Positions 1-8,487 of a stretch of 64,000 nucleotides of DNA are shown one piece after another. The notes beneath the pieces were generated by a model, which was not told the DNA's origin, did no database searches, and saw only the letters and a program-made list of their open reading frames with translations. Location of the stretch: NCBI GenBank assembly GCA_049322215.1, contig JBMORU010000001.1, positions 260,023-324,022 on the forward strand, in the 5' to 3' direction. The position numbers and the translations under genes were made by a program. This DNA comes from Patescibacteria group bacterium. Its GTDB lineage: Bacteria > Patescibacteriota > WWE3 > UBA101185 > UBA10185. How positions within the stretch are numbered: position 1 is the first letter of the stretch; each line of letters begins with the position of its first letter.

Positions 1-560
1 CCTTCGTAGCTGCCATTGGCGTTTTCGAGTAAGGGCCAGTTTCGATGACTGTGATAAGTATAAATAAACTGCCCCATACATGTTGCTCCAGATTTGTAGT
101 TTTTTATGGTTTCGCACACGCCGTTTTGATACCGCATGGCATTGAAACCACTTTCAACCAAAATCATTGAGCCTATCTTGTTCCAGGGGACATTTTGGTT
201 GTAGGCTTCATCCTTAAAGGCGTTGATCATTTCTAACCTTGAAGGACCACAACCGTCACCGTCAGCTAAAATGTAAGGCACTCCATTGTCAGTGAAAACG
301 TAGTTGTTGAAGTTTTCTTGCCCTACAATTTTAATAACTTCTTCTACCGAAACTGCAACAAATTCGATGTCGTTCACGGTTACCGTAATGGCACCTACTT
401 CTGTGCTTATGGTTGAAAAAGCATTGGCTGCCATTGGTATTGATGTTGGTGGTTGTTTGGTTGGTGTGATTGTTGCCTGTGGTGTTGGTTCTACCTTTGC
501 TGTTGCACTGCAGGCTACAAGCAAAAGCATAATCATTGTTAGCATCAAGCTTTTTTTCAT
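1..560 (-). CDS. Lipoprotein, N-terminal part (gene runs off the window start); signal peptide with LVAC lipobox, Pro/Thr linker, then AFSTI..TVTV.DI module
   Basis: Minus-strand ATG at 558-560 preceded by AAGGAG; translation MKKSLMLTMIMLLLVACSATAKVEPTPQ... is open to the window edge; not in the ORF track because it is truncated. Confidence 0.55.
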   Translation of the reverse strand, partial: MKKSLMLTMIMLLLVACSATAKVEPTPQATITPTKQPPTSIPMAANAFSTISTEVGAITVTVNDIEFVAVSVEEVIKIVGQENFNNYVFTDNGVPYILADGDGCGPSRLEMINAFKDEAYNQNVPWNKIGSMILVESGFNAMRYQNGVCETIKNYKSGATCMGQFIYTYHSHRNWPLLENANGSYE

Positions 561-571
561 GCTTGTCTCCT

Positions 572-1489
572 TTAGTATGTATACATATTAGCTGGGTTCA
601 CATGGTACATGTATCCATTTTCCGTGAGTATTACAACAGAGTTGTGTACATGCGTACCCGATCCATGCTGGTTATTGGTATACCTAGTTACTACTCCACC
701 GCTTGTATATCCTGTGTTTCCTTGGCGTCCAATTTGGGTTCCTGCTGTTATGCGATCTCCCGGTACTGGGTAAGGGTGCCCTGCATCTTCAAACATCATA
801 TGTCCCGAAATTGTCAGAATTATAACCTCTCCGGTACTAGATGCTGTTTGAGCTTCGGGTGGTAAGTTTGAAACAGCAATTTTGCTTGCGCAAACTACTG
901 TTCGTCCTGAAACATCAAATTCCCAGGTTAGTCCACCTTCTGCATTGCCGTCATAGCCTAAGTTGTCGAATGTTCTCCAAACGACGCACTCGGATTGGGC
1001 AATTATGGGAGCACCTTGACCCCCGTTACAGACGATATCGTAGCCTGAATGTCCTCCACTTGGGTTAAACCCTTGTGTAGGATCATAACCTCCTGTACAT
1101 GGTGATGTAATAGAAGTTACGACTGGCAAATCTAAATCTCTGATACTTGCACCAGCAACTACCATTGATCCAATATTAGGTACCGATCCCTCGCCAATTA
1201 CAGCGCCTTGCGGGTTTGTCCAATTATTGATATCTCCCACAAGAACTGTCATGTAAATGGGACTCACCTCAATGATGATGTCCTCACTTACTAACGAGCT
1301 ATCTACACGGCCGGTTTCGGTTCCGATCGTGGAGAAAGCAAGCTCGGCTGTGGGTTTTGGCGTTTCGGTTGGCACAGGAGTTGGTGACGGTACTGCTGTC
1401 GGACTGGTTGGTTGCTCATTAGATGGAATACATCCAACCAGAAGCAACACTACCAGAAGGTATTTGATTACCTTTGTTGTTGCTTTCAT
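572..1489 (-). CDS. M23-family metallopeptidase lipoprotein
   Basis: Signal peptide plus LVGC lipobox; Pro/Thr linker; HxxxD (GGHSGYDI) and HxH (GTHVHNS) M23 motifs; stop lies 12 bp upstream of the next gene start. Confidence 0.8.
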   Translation of the reverse strand: MKATTKVIKYLLVVLLLVGCIPSNEQPTSPTAVPSPTPVPTETPKPTAELAFSTIGTETGRVDSSLVSEDIIIEVSPIYMTVLVGDINNWTNPQGAVIGEGSVPNIGSMVVAGASIRDLDLPVVTSITSPCTGGYDPTQGFNPSGGHSGYDIVCNGGQGAPIIAQSECVVWRTFDNLGYDGNAEGGLTWEFDVSGRTVVCASKIAVSNLPPEAQTASSTGEVIILTISGHMMFEDAGHPYPVPGDRITAGTQIGRQGNTGYTSGGVVTRYTNNQHGSGTHVHNSVVILTENGYMYHVNPANMYTY

Positions 1490-1678
1490 AGAACTACTCT
1501 CCTTATTTGGTTTTCAAACTGCTCGATAATTATTTCTTAACGAAGAATTGAATCTCCCTTCGTTTCTGGGTTTAAATAAAATTCCTGTTTAAACTCAGAA
1601 GTAAGGGGACGAAACAGAATTAGAGTTTTTATTTAAAACTTCCAACTCTGTTTCGTCGTATTCTTTTACCTGTTTCCG

Positions 1679-2998
1679 TTAGTTTTCGAACGGGTCTAGG
1701 TCGAAGAATCCCAAAACTTTACGAGATACATCAGCTATAGTTGTTGCGTTGTCGTTGTTATCAAGGAATAGCTGAGACAAGGGTGGCTTATTAATTTCAT
1801 AGACTAGAAGAAACGTATAGTTTTTCACTTTACCATTACGTGTTTCACGTATTGTGGTGAGCACAAACGGCGTTTCATACGTTTTTCCAAAAGCAGTTAC
1901 GGTTGCAAAGTGTTCTGATACCAGCTCGTAGTTTGCGTTGGTGTGTTCCCCATGTAGCCACGTCCAAATATCTTTTGCCATAATTACATATGAGGCGGGA
2001 GATATTTGGAAGCTCAGTACTTCTTGATCTCCAAGCATTGGGGGTACTACTAAGGAATCGTTGCTTGTTACTTCCTGTGGCGCCGTGTTAGCAAAATCCG
2101 TTCCTGCAATTGATTCAGCTGGTTGCGGATTAAGCTGTGGTTCTGGTAAGGGTTCTGGCTCAGGCTCGGGAGCGTTGTTTTGTTGAGGTTGTTCGCTGGG
2201 CTGATTGTTGTTTTCTGGCGCAGGCTGTTCTTCTGGGCCTAAAACTTGTTCTCGCAGGTTTTCCATTTCTGGGCCAACTGCGTTTACAAGTTGGTTGTAG
2301 AGATCTGTGTTGTCTTTGAGGTTTGGGTCTACAACCACACCATAGAATAAATCCGTAGCGTTTCCCCCTAACGAAGCTGTTGCATGCATTGCATTGATTA
2401 GCCAGGTGAAGTCCATTTCTTGCACGGGTGTTGTTTTGATTGTTACCTCCCACCCATACAAGTAACTGTCTACAGTTTGCTGTGCACTGAAGTTACCTCC
2501 TGCTGCAGCTTGCTGTAGCTTACCTCCATATAAGTAAGTTTCTTCCTGGTTGCCACTTTGCCACGCCACGTTAAAGTTATTTGCCCAGCCTGTTACGGTT
2601 TCTTGTGTTTGTTTGGGGGTAAGCCCATCAAACATAGAAATCATTCGATGCTGTTCAATTACTTCGGTGGCGAGGATTGGGATATCCTGAACGGTTACTG
2701 TGACTCTACCTTGATTACTCGTGGTAGAGAAAGAGTTTGCCGCTGCGGTCATTTCGCTTGCAGGTTGATCCTTGGCATTTGGCAATTCTGCTGCGGGCAC
2801 CATTTCGTTTGTTGTAGTTTCTTCCGGGTTAGCGCTACTGTTAAAAAAGTGGAATGGGTCAGTTACGATCAGAACAATTACCACTACACCAATTAGCACC
2901 CCAGAGGAGATCACTTGCTGTACTTGTTCACGTGTCCGTTGCAGAGTTGTTTTTGTTGTCTGCTGTTGTCTTGCTTGAGTATCTGTTTGCTTACTCAT
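1679..2998 (-). CDS. Membrane-anchored extracytoplasmic protein with Q/R-rich N-terminus, single TM, and PE/PQ-rich linker
   Basis: 439-aa ORF; N-terminal TM (VLIGVVVIVLIV); contains the AANSFSTTSNQGRVTVTVQDI module shared with the two downstream lipoproteins. Confidence 0.6.
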   Translation of the reverse strand: MSKQTDTQARQQQTTKTTLQRTREQVQQVISSGVLIGVVVIVLIVTDPFHFFNSSANPEETTTNEMVPAAELPNAKDQPASEMTAAANSFSTTSNQGRVTVTVQDIPILATEVIEQHRMISMFDGLTPKQTQETVTGWANNFNVAWQSGNQEETYLYGGKLQQAAAGGNFSAQQTVDSYLYGWEVTIKTTPVQEMDFTWLINAMHATASLGGNATDLFYGVVVDPNLKDNTDLYNQLVNAVGPEMENLREQVLGPEEQPAPENNNQPSEQPQQNNAPEPEPEPLPEPQLNPQPAESIAGTDFANTAPQEVTSNDSLVVPPMLGDQEVLSFQISPASYVIMAKDIWTWLHGEHTNANYELVSEHFATVTAFGKTYETPFVLTTIRETRNGKVKNYTFLLVYEINKPPLSQLFLDNNDNATTIADVSRKVLGFFDLDPFEN

Positions 2999-3012
2999 TT
3001 CTACTCCTTTTG

Positions 3013-5364
3013 CTACTTAGGATCGGCTGTTGTGCACGTTGCCAAATCCAAATAGCAGTCAAATGATACGCTAAAGTGCTGCGCTTCTTGGATGTTGGCT
3101 GGTACGCTGTCTGATAAGAACCAACCGTTACCTTCACCTGCATGGTAGTCAATACGATATTTTCCTGAAGAGTCCTTGCAGGCGTACCAGGTACCGTAGT
3201 TTAAGCCGCCGTCTGTTAGGTCTACAATTGCTAGCATATGCCAACCTGTTCTTTTGTAATCATACGAGGCCAAGTTTGTATCGCAGTTTGGGTCGGCGTT
3301 AGCAATTACTTCGGGGTATAGCTGATCTCCCATAACACCATTACTATCTGCATAGATAATTCCACGCGGATTTCTGTTGTTATCAAGATCCAACCAATAG
3401 TAGTTACGGGGGGCTATGTTGGACGGAATTGTTGAAACCAAATACCATCCAATTCCTAGCCTAGAAACCGGAATCCAGCCTTTGCATGTCCATTCTGAGG
3501 CGCCTACGTAAATTCTTACGGGGCCAAACGTAGGCATGCCTTTGTCTAATCCTGTTTCAGCAACAATGATATCCGGCCAGAATCTTTCAAACTCAAGTTG
3601 TGTGGTATTCTGGTCAATCATCCCCATGTATGGAAGCTCAGGGAATGGGATGTTTACACAGGGATCAGGTGTGGGGCTTGGTGTAAACGTTGGTGCTGGT
3701 GTTTCTGTTGGGGCCGGTGTTAACGTAGCTGTTGCAGTAGGTAATACCACTTGTGCAGGATCAAAGTGCTGTGTTTGCGGTTGTGGTGTTGCTGTTTGCT
3801 GAATCTCCACAGTAATCGGTTGTGCTGCAGCTTTTAAGGTGTTTACATAACCGGAAAATCCATTAATACGTACAGGACTTCCTAACGCTGCCAAATTGCC
3901 ATTTACGGCGTTGACCGCGTTGTTGAATCTTCCTTCGTACTTTTGAGCTTCGGTCCAGTTAGGTCCTTCGGGTGTAGCATCTAGGCGCAGGTTTTGATAA
4001 ACACGCACCAGATTAAAATACAGCCCGTCTTTTTCGCCGTCTGTTAGTTCATTACCCTCGATAAGGCGTTTAGCCGTTTCGAGCATTAAATCTGCCTGTG
4101 CCGCTTCGATGATGGGTTGAGTACCTTCCGGCGGGTAAGCCATAGATTGCACTCTGGTAAGGAATCCCTCAGGAACGTAGTTTCCATTGGCGTCCACGTG
4201 TCCCGCTTGTAACCAGTCTAAAGCAATGTTGTACGATTCTTCTACACCTGTGGATTCTTCACTTCCGATCAGTAATGCCGAGAAGTCAACTTTTGCAGCA
4301 CCGGTGCCATTGTTTGCATTGGCGCGCGCTTGGTTGGCTTGGTTACCTAACTCTACTGCCGGCAAAATAAACTGGTTGATCACCTGGTTTATTTCTTCAA
4401 CGCCTTGAGCGGTGATTGCCGGGTTGAATTCAGGTAAAGCTGGTGCATCAACAACGGTGTTATTATATGCATCGACTTGGCCTTGATCAGGATGTGGTGT
4501 CGGTGTGCTGTTGGTATTAAGATCTACCATAGCTGCCTGAGTGTTTCCACCTTTAGCGACTAAGGTTTCAAGCAAACCACCGAAGTTACCGTTTTTAAGT
4601 CCGGAAATTAAGATCATGGAAGCTACAGCTGTGACGATAATCAGCGGATAAGCAACTTTACGGATGATGGCCGGTTTTCCCTCGCTTTGAACGTGGACGT
4701 AACCTGCAATCACAATCGCGATCAAAATTGGTAACCACTGCGTAAGTTGCGTTGCCAGGGCTGCTACGACGAAAAAACAAACCAGGCCAAGCGCTATGTA
4801 ATTACCATGTTGTTTAAACAAGGCAACCCATTTTTGCACTTGATAGGCTTCCTCTGAAACGGCTTTTGGTGCTTGAATGCTAGGTACTTTAGAAAAGAAT
4901 CCTGCGGCACCGCTTTCACCATCCTGCTTTTGTGCTTTTTCCGTAGGTTTTGCTTTGGTTTTAGGCTGAGCATGGCTACCCGAAAGCGTGAATACCGTTG
5001 TTGGTTTCCACATCTTTTTGGTATAAACCATATAGCCAGAGACTGCCGTAGTTGTGATCCAGGAAAACACCCCTTTCCACCACATGAAATTATGCATTTC
5101 TTGGGTGTACCAGTATGGGCCTGTGTTCATAACCCAGACATAAAACGCTCCAAATAGAAGCGTGACTAATAAAGTGATCAAAAAAACTTTGTTTTTCTTT
5201 GACTCTGTACTTGTTTTTTTGACCCAGCCTTTCTCCACAAGAATGCTTAATGCAAGTGGAGAAAGCTCTTTAAGACTTTTTTGCTGGTCAGAATGTTCCA
5301 TTTTAGACCATTCTTGCAACAACTTTCTGTCTTTTGAACTCAACGTTTTAGTTGCACTAGTCAT
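3013..5364 (-). CDS. Polytopic membrane protein, paralog A (cytoplasmic N-terminus, TM bundle, Pro/Thr linker, unique C-terminal extracytoplasmic domain)
   Basis: 783-aa ORF; AAGGAG RBS; shares a 100% identical ~130-aa core and ~55-60% flanking identity with ORF 5553..7796. Confidence 0.7.
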   Translation of the reverse strand: MTSATKTLSSKDRKLLQEWSKMEHSDQQKSLKELSPLALSILVEKGWVKKTSTESKKNKVFLITLLVTLLFGAFYVWVMNTGPYWYTQEMHNFMWWKGVFSWITTTAVSGYMVYTKKMWKPTTVFTLSGSHAQPKTKAKPTEKAQKQDGESGAAGFFSKVPSIQAPKAVSEEAYQVQKWVALFKQHGNYIALGLVCFFVVAALATQLTQWLPILIAIVIAGYVHVQSEGKPAIIRKVAYPLIIVTAVASMILISGLKNGNFGGLLETLVAKGGNTQAAMVDLNTNSTPTPHPDQGQVDAYNNTVVDAPALPEFNPAITAQGVEEINQVINQFILPAVELGNQANQARANANNGTGAAKVDFSALLIGSEESTGVEESYNIALDWLQAGHVDANGNYVPEGFLTRVQSMAYPPEGTQPIIEAAQADLMLETAKRLIEGNELTDGEKDGLYFNLVRVYQNLRLDATPEGPNWTEAQKYEGRFNNAVNAVNGNLAALGSPVRINGFSGYVNTLKAAAQPITVEIQQTATPQPQTQHFDPAQVVLPTATATLTPAPTETPAPTFTPSPTPDPCVNIPFPELPYMGMIDQNTTQLEFERFWPDIIVAETGLDKGMPTFGPVRIYVGASEWTCKGWIPVSRLGIGWYLVSTIPSNIAPRNYYWLDLDNNRNPRGIIYADSNGVMGDQLYPEVIANADPNCDTNLASYDYKRTGWHMLAIVDLTDGGLNYGTWYACKDSSGKYRIDYHAGEGNGWFLSDSVPANIQEAQHFSVSFDCYLDLATCTTADPK
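4580..4968. repeat. Near-identical ~390-bp direct repeat, copy A (inside paralog A)
   Basis: DNA is essentially identical to 7010..7398; encodes KTKAKPTEKAQ...NGNFGGL in both proteins. Confidence 0.8.
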
Positions 5365-5427
5365 TTACATCTCCTTATAGATTTCACTAGTTTGGGATTC
5401 TTCATTTGTCAAAAATGCTATTATTAC

Positions 5428-5476
5428 TCTCAATTTAAGTCAGCAAACTTTGTTAAGCTTGTTGGCTTAAGGGAGA
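5428..5476 (-). promoter_or_regulatory. Conserved leader element with TTAAGC-N6-GCTTAA palindrome upstream of paralog A; candidate TTGACA -35 lies between it and the RBS
   Basis: About 50 bp are ~90% identical to 7861..7910 at the same distance from the start codon; preceded by a long imperfect hairpin at 5477..5524. Confidence 0.5.
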
Positions 5477-5552
5477 GCCTGAACTTTATGCATGTATTTA
5501 TTTTTAAATGCATAAAGCTCAGGTCATAGTTACAACTGGTTATTTGTTATGT

Positions 5553-7796
5553 CTAGGGTGCGTTCACTGGCTGGAAGGTAAAGGCGTCATACTCAATGCC
5601 ATCTTTCCAGTAGGTGAAGGTTTCCTCTGCATTGGGCTTCAATACAAATTGACCTACCCCAGGAGCAGCGTCGACAGCCATAACACCATCCCAACCCGGA
5701 TACGAAACCCAATAGTGTCCGCAGTAAGTACTGGTATACGTTACCGTAATCACTACATCACTTGTATACTCATGAGCTCGTATCAGTGCGAATCCAAATC
5801 CAGGCCAGGCTTCTATTTGATGTCCAAGCACTACAGTAGTTGTGTCTCCAACTGCGATGTGTCCGGGTTCAGGTCCATTTGGGCCTTGAACAATAAGAAC
5901 GCTACCTACACCATTTACATTACTTCTCACGTTGTAATGCGGGGGCTGAGGGGGCTCTAGCAGATCACACCAGATTACTTCGTTTCCACTTGGATTTGGA
6001 GCTGCCACTGTGGGATTCACAGGGAATACTTGCTGCGGCTCTAAAGTTGGCACAAGTGTAGGCCATGGCGTCATTGTAGGAGCTGTCGTTGGAACCACCA
6101 CGGGCACATCTGTTGGCCAAGGCGTGTTGCTAGGTACTGGCGTTTGCGTCGCCGTAGGCTGTACCACGTTTTCTGGGTTGAACTGCTGCGTAGGCATTGG
6201 TGTTGCCGTTTGCTGCACTTCCACAGTAAGTGGTTGTGCTGCCGACTCCAGTTTACCTGCAAAGTTATCCAGCAAGGGTAGTCGTGCTTGGGAGCCAAGT
6301 CCGGCGAGTTCACTGTTAACAATGTTTGCTGCAGCGTTGTACCTATTCTCATATAGCTTTGCCGCTTCCCAATCTTGGTGGTTTAATTCCAGAGACTGAA
6401 GCATCAACACCAAGTTCAGGTAAGCACCATTCAACTCGTAGGAGCTTGATGCGTAGTGAGTCCCTTGCAAAAGGCGCGCTGCTTCTTGCGAAAGCGTTGT
6501 ACCTTCAATAGGTTCTCCAATGATTAGCCGTTTTGCTAAGTTCTCTAAGCGGGCTTTATCTTCTACGCTGATGATCGGTACTGAGCCGTCAGTTGGTTCT
6601 GCCATACTTGCGAGGCGCTCAATGTACCCACGTGATACATAAGTGTTGTCTGCATTCACGTGTCCTGACATCAACCAGTCTGCAGCAACGTTGAAGCTTT
6701 CTAATACACCTGTGCTTCCCGCTTCACCGTTGAGTAACGGTCCAAAGTCGATTTGTGCTGCTCCAGTGCCGTTGTTAGCACTTGACCGGTAGGTATCCGC
6801 TTCCAAGGCTAAGGTAACGGCAGGGATAACGAACTGATTCGCTACCTGACCAATTTCCTCGGCTCCCTGGGAGGTGATTGCCGGATTGAACTCTGGCAGC
6901 ACGGGCGCATCAACTACTCCTTGGTTGTAGGCATCAATAGCACTGGTGTCTACGCTTGCTTCTACCACTTCTGTTTCTGTAACGTTGTTGGCGCTAAAGT
7001 TGAATAAGCCACCGAAGTTACCGTTTTTAAGTCCGGAAATTAAGATCATGGAAGCTACAGCTGTGACGATAATCAGCGGATAAGCAACTTTACGGATGAT
7101 GGCCGGTTTTCCCTCGCTTTGAACGTGGACGTAACCTGCAATCACAATCGCGATCAAAATTGGTAACCACTGCGTAAGTTGCGTTGCCAGGGCTGCTACG
7201 ACGAAAAAACAAACCAGGCCAAGCGCTATGTAATTACCATGTTGTTTAAACAAGGCAACCCATTTTTGCACTTGATAGGCTTCCTCTGAAACGGCTTTTG
7301 GTGCTTGAATGCTAGGTACTTTAGAAAAGAATCCGGCAGCACCGCTTTCACCATCCTGCTTTTGTGCTTTTTCCGTGGGTTTTGCTTTGGTTTTATGTCG
7401 TATTTGCTCTTCTGGAAGTGCATAGGTTGCTTCAGGCTTCCACATTTGTCGTTTGATAGCTAAGGTGCTAGAACAGGACAGCATAACCAGCCAGGTCAAA
7501 ATACCTTTCCACCAAACGAATCCGTGCATTTCCTGTGTATACCAGGATGGGCCGGTTGTCATAACCCAGGCATAAAACATTCCTAGCAGAAGTGTTCCAG
7601 CCAAAAAAGCAAGCGTTACCCTTTGTAGCAACGACCATTCTTTGGTGACGGAAAGTTCTTTCTTTTCCACCAGCAAATCAAGCGCTGCCTGCGAAAGGTC
7701 TCGCTCTGTCAGTTGTAACTTTTCAACGTTCGTTAAGCCTCGCCAACCCCGAAGGTGTTTGCGATCGGCTTCACTTAAGGTTGTTTTCTTACTCAT
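5553..7796 (-). CDS. Polytopic membrane protein, paralog B (same architecture as A, different C-terminal domain)
   Basis: 747-aa ORF; identical core block; divergent C-terminus (..HYWVSYPGWDG..). Confidence 0.7.
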   Translation of the reverse strand: MSKKTTLSEADRKHLRGWRGLTNVEKLQLTERDLSQAALDLLVEKKELSVTKEWSLLQRVTLAFLAGTLLLGMFYAWVMTTGPSWYTQEMHGFVWWKGILTWLVMLSCSSTLAIKRQMWKPEATYALPEEQIRHKTKAKPTEKAQKQDGESGAAGFFSKVPSIQAPKAVSEEAYQVQKWVALFKQHGNYIALGLVCFFVVAALATQLTQWLPILIAIVIAGYVHVQSEGKPAIIRKVAYPLIIVTAVASMILISGLKNGNFGGLFNFSANNVTETEVVEASVDTSAIDAYNQGVVDAPVLPEFNPAITSQGAEEIGQVANQFVIPAVTLALEADTYRSSANNGTGAAQIDFGPLLNGEAGSTGVLESFNVAADWLMSGHVNADNTYVSRGYIERLASMAEPTDGSVPIISVEDKARLENLAKRLIIGEPIEGTTLSQEAARLLQGTHYASSSYELNGAYLNLVLMLQSLELNHQDWEAAKLYENRYNAAANIVNSELAGLGSQARLPLLDNFAGKLESAAQPLTVEVQQTATPMPTQQFNPENVVQPTATQTPVPSNTPWPTDVPVVVPTTAPTMTPWPTLVPTLEPQQVFPVNPTVAAPNPSGNEVIWCDLLEPPQPPHYNVRSNVNGVGSVLIVQGPNGPEPGHIAVGDTTTVVLGHQIEAWPGFGFALIRAHEYTSDVVITVTYTSTYCGHYWVSYPGWDGVMAVDAAPGVGQFVLKPNAEETFTYWKDGIEYDAFTFQPVNAP
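7010..7398. repeat. Near-identical ~390-bp direct repeat, copy B (inside paralog B)
   Basis: Matches 4580..4968 with only a few edge mismatches. Confidence 0.8.
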
Positions 7797-7860
7797 AAGT
7801 TGTTTTACTCCTTATTTTGGTATGTTTACTTATTATGAGTCGTTTAATTCATTTAGTTCT

Positions 7861-7910
7861 CTCAGTTTAAGTCAGCAAACTTTATTTAAGCTTGTTGGCT
7901 TAAGGGAGAG
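7861..7910 (-). promoter_or_regulatory. Conserved leader element with TTAAGC-N6-GCTTAA palindrome upstream of paralog B
   Basis: Homologous to 5428..5476; flanked by the hairpin TCCGAATTG...CAATTCGGA at 7911..7960. Confidence 0.5.
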
Positions 7911-7983
7911 TCCGAATTGCAACAGTATGTTTTTTGAAAAAACTTACTGCCACAATTCGGATGTCATTATTTAGGTTACTTTG

Positions 7984-8487
7984 TTAGCCACTGAGACGCA
8001 CATATGTGAACAAACCAAAAACTACGATCACAATTTGCGTAACGTAGAAGACGGTCGCCCATAAAGGTTGTAAACGTCCTTCTTCTGTTCTCATAAATGC
8101 TTTGGAACCAAACAGGACGATCATTAGGAGAACGGCTGTGCTTCCCCAATACAGTGGTTCAAAGGCCAGTGAATTGAATAGCCATGTTCCCGGTTTTGGT
8201 TGAGGAATGATCCATGTCCATATGCCTAGCCAAATGTAGGTAGTGCCTTCTTTGGTTATTGCATAGTGTCCCAGACGCACCACGATCATAGCAAGCCAAT
8301 AGACGGTGAATAAAAGTTCTGGGAACTTGTAAAACACCGGATAGGTGATTCGATCATATGTGTCTTGTTTCAGTACTTTTAGCACGTTTGTTTGGCGTCG
8401 TTGCTGTGGCTGGTTTCGATTACGTTGTTGTGTATTATTCGTCATTTTCTTCACCTCCGTCGTCAGGGAATGCACCGACTTCTTCAA
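7984..8487 (-). CDS. Membrane protein with Q/R/N-rich cytoplasmic N-terminus
   Basis: 167-aa ORF; 3-4 predicted TM segments; codon usage matches the island. Confidence 0.5.
   Translation of the reverse strand: MKKSVHSLTTEVKKMTNNTQQRNRNQPQQRRQTNVLKVLKQDTYDRITYPVFYKFPELLFTVYWLAMIVVRLGHYAITKEGTTYIWLGIWTWIIPQPKPGTWLFNSLAFEPLYWGSTAVLLMIVLFGSKAFMRTEEGRLQPLWATVFYVTQIVIVVFGLFTYVRLSG

Noticed and set aside
304-865. Plus-strand ORFs 304..591 and 536..865
   Set aside because: They lie antisense to well-supported minus-strand lipoprotein genes with RBSs and domain motifs; no RBS and odd composition
3650-3790. Apparent tandem GGTG/GTTGG-type DNA repeats (also at 6060..6240) that could look like a repeat array
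   Set aside because: They are the coding sequence of Pro/Thr-rich linkers in the paralogous membrane proteins. The units are irregular and there are no spacers, so this is not a CRISPR array or a satellite
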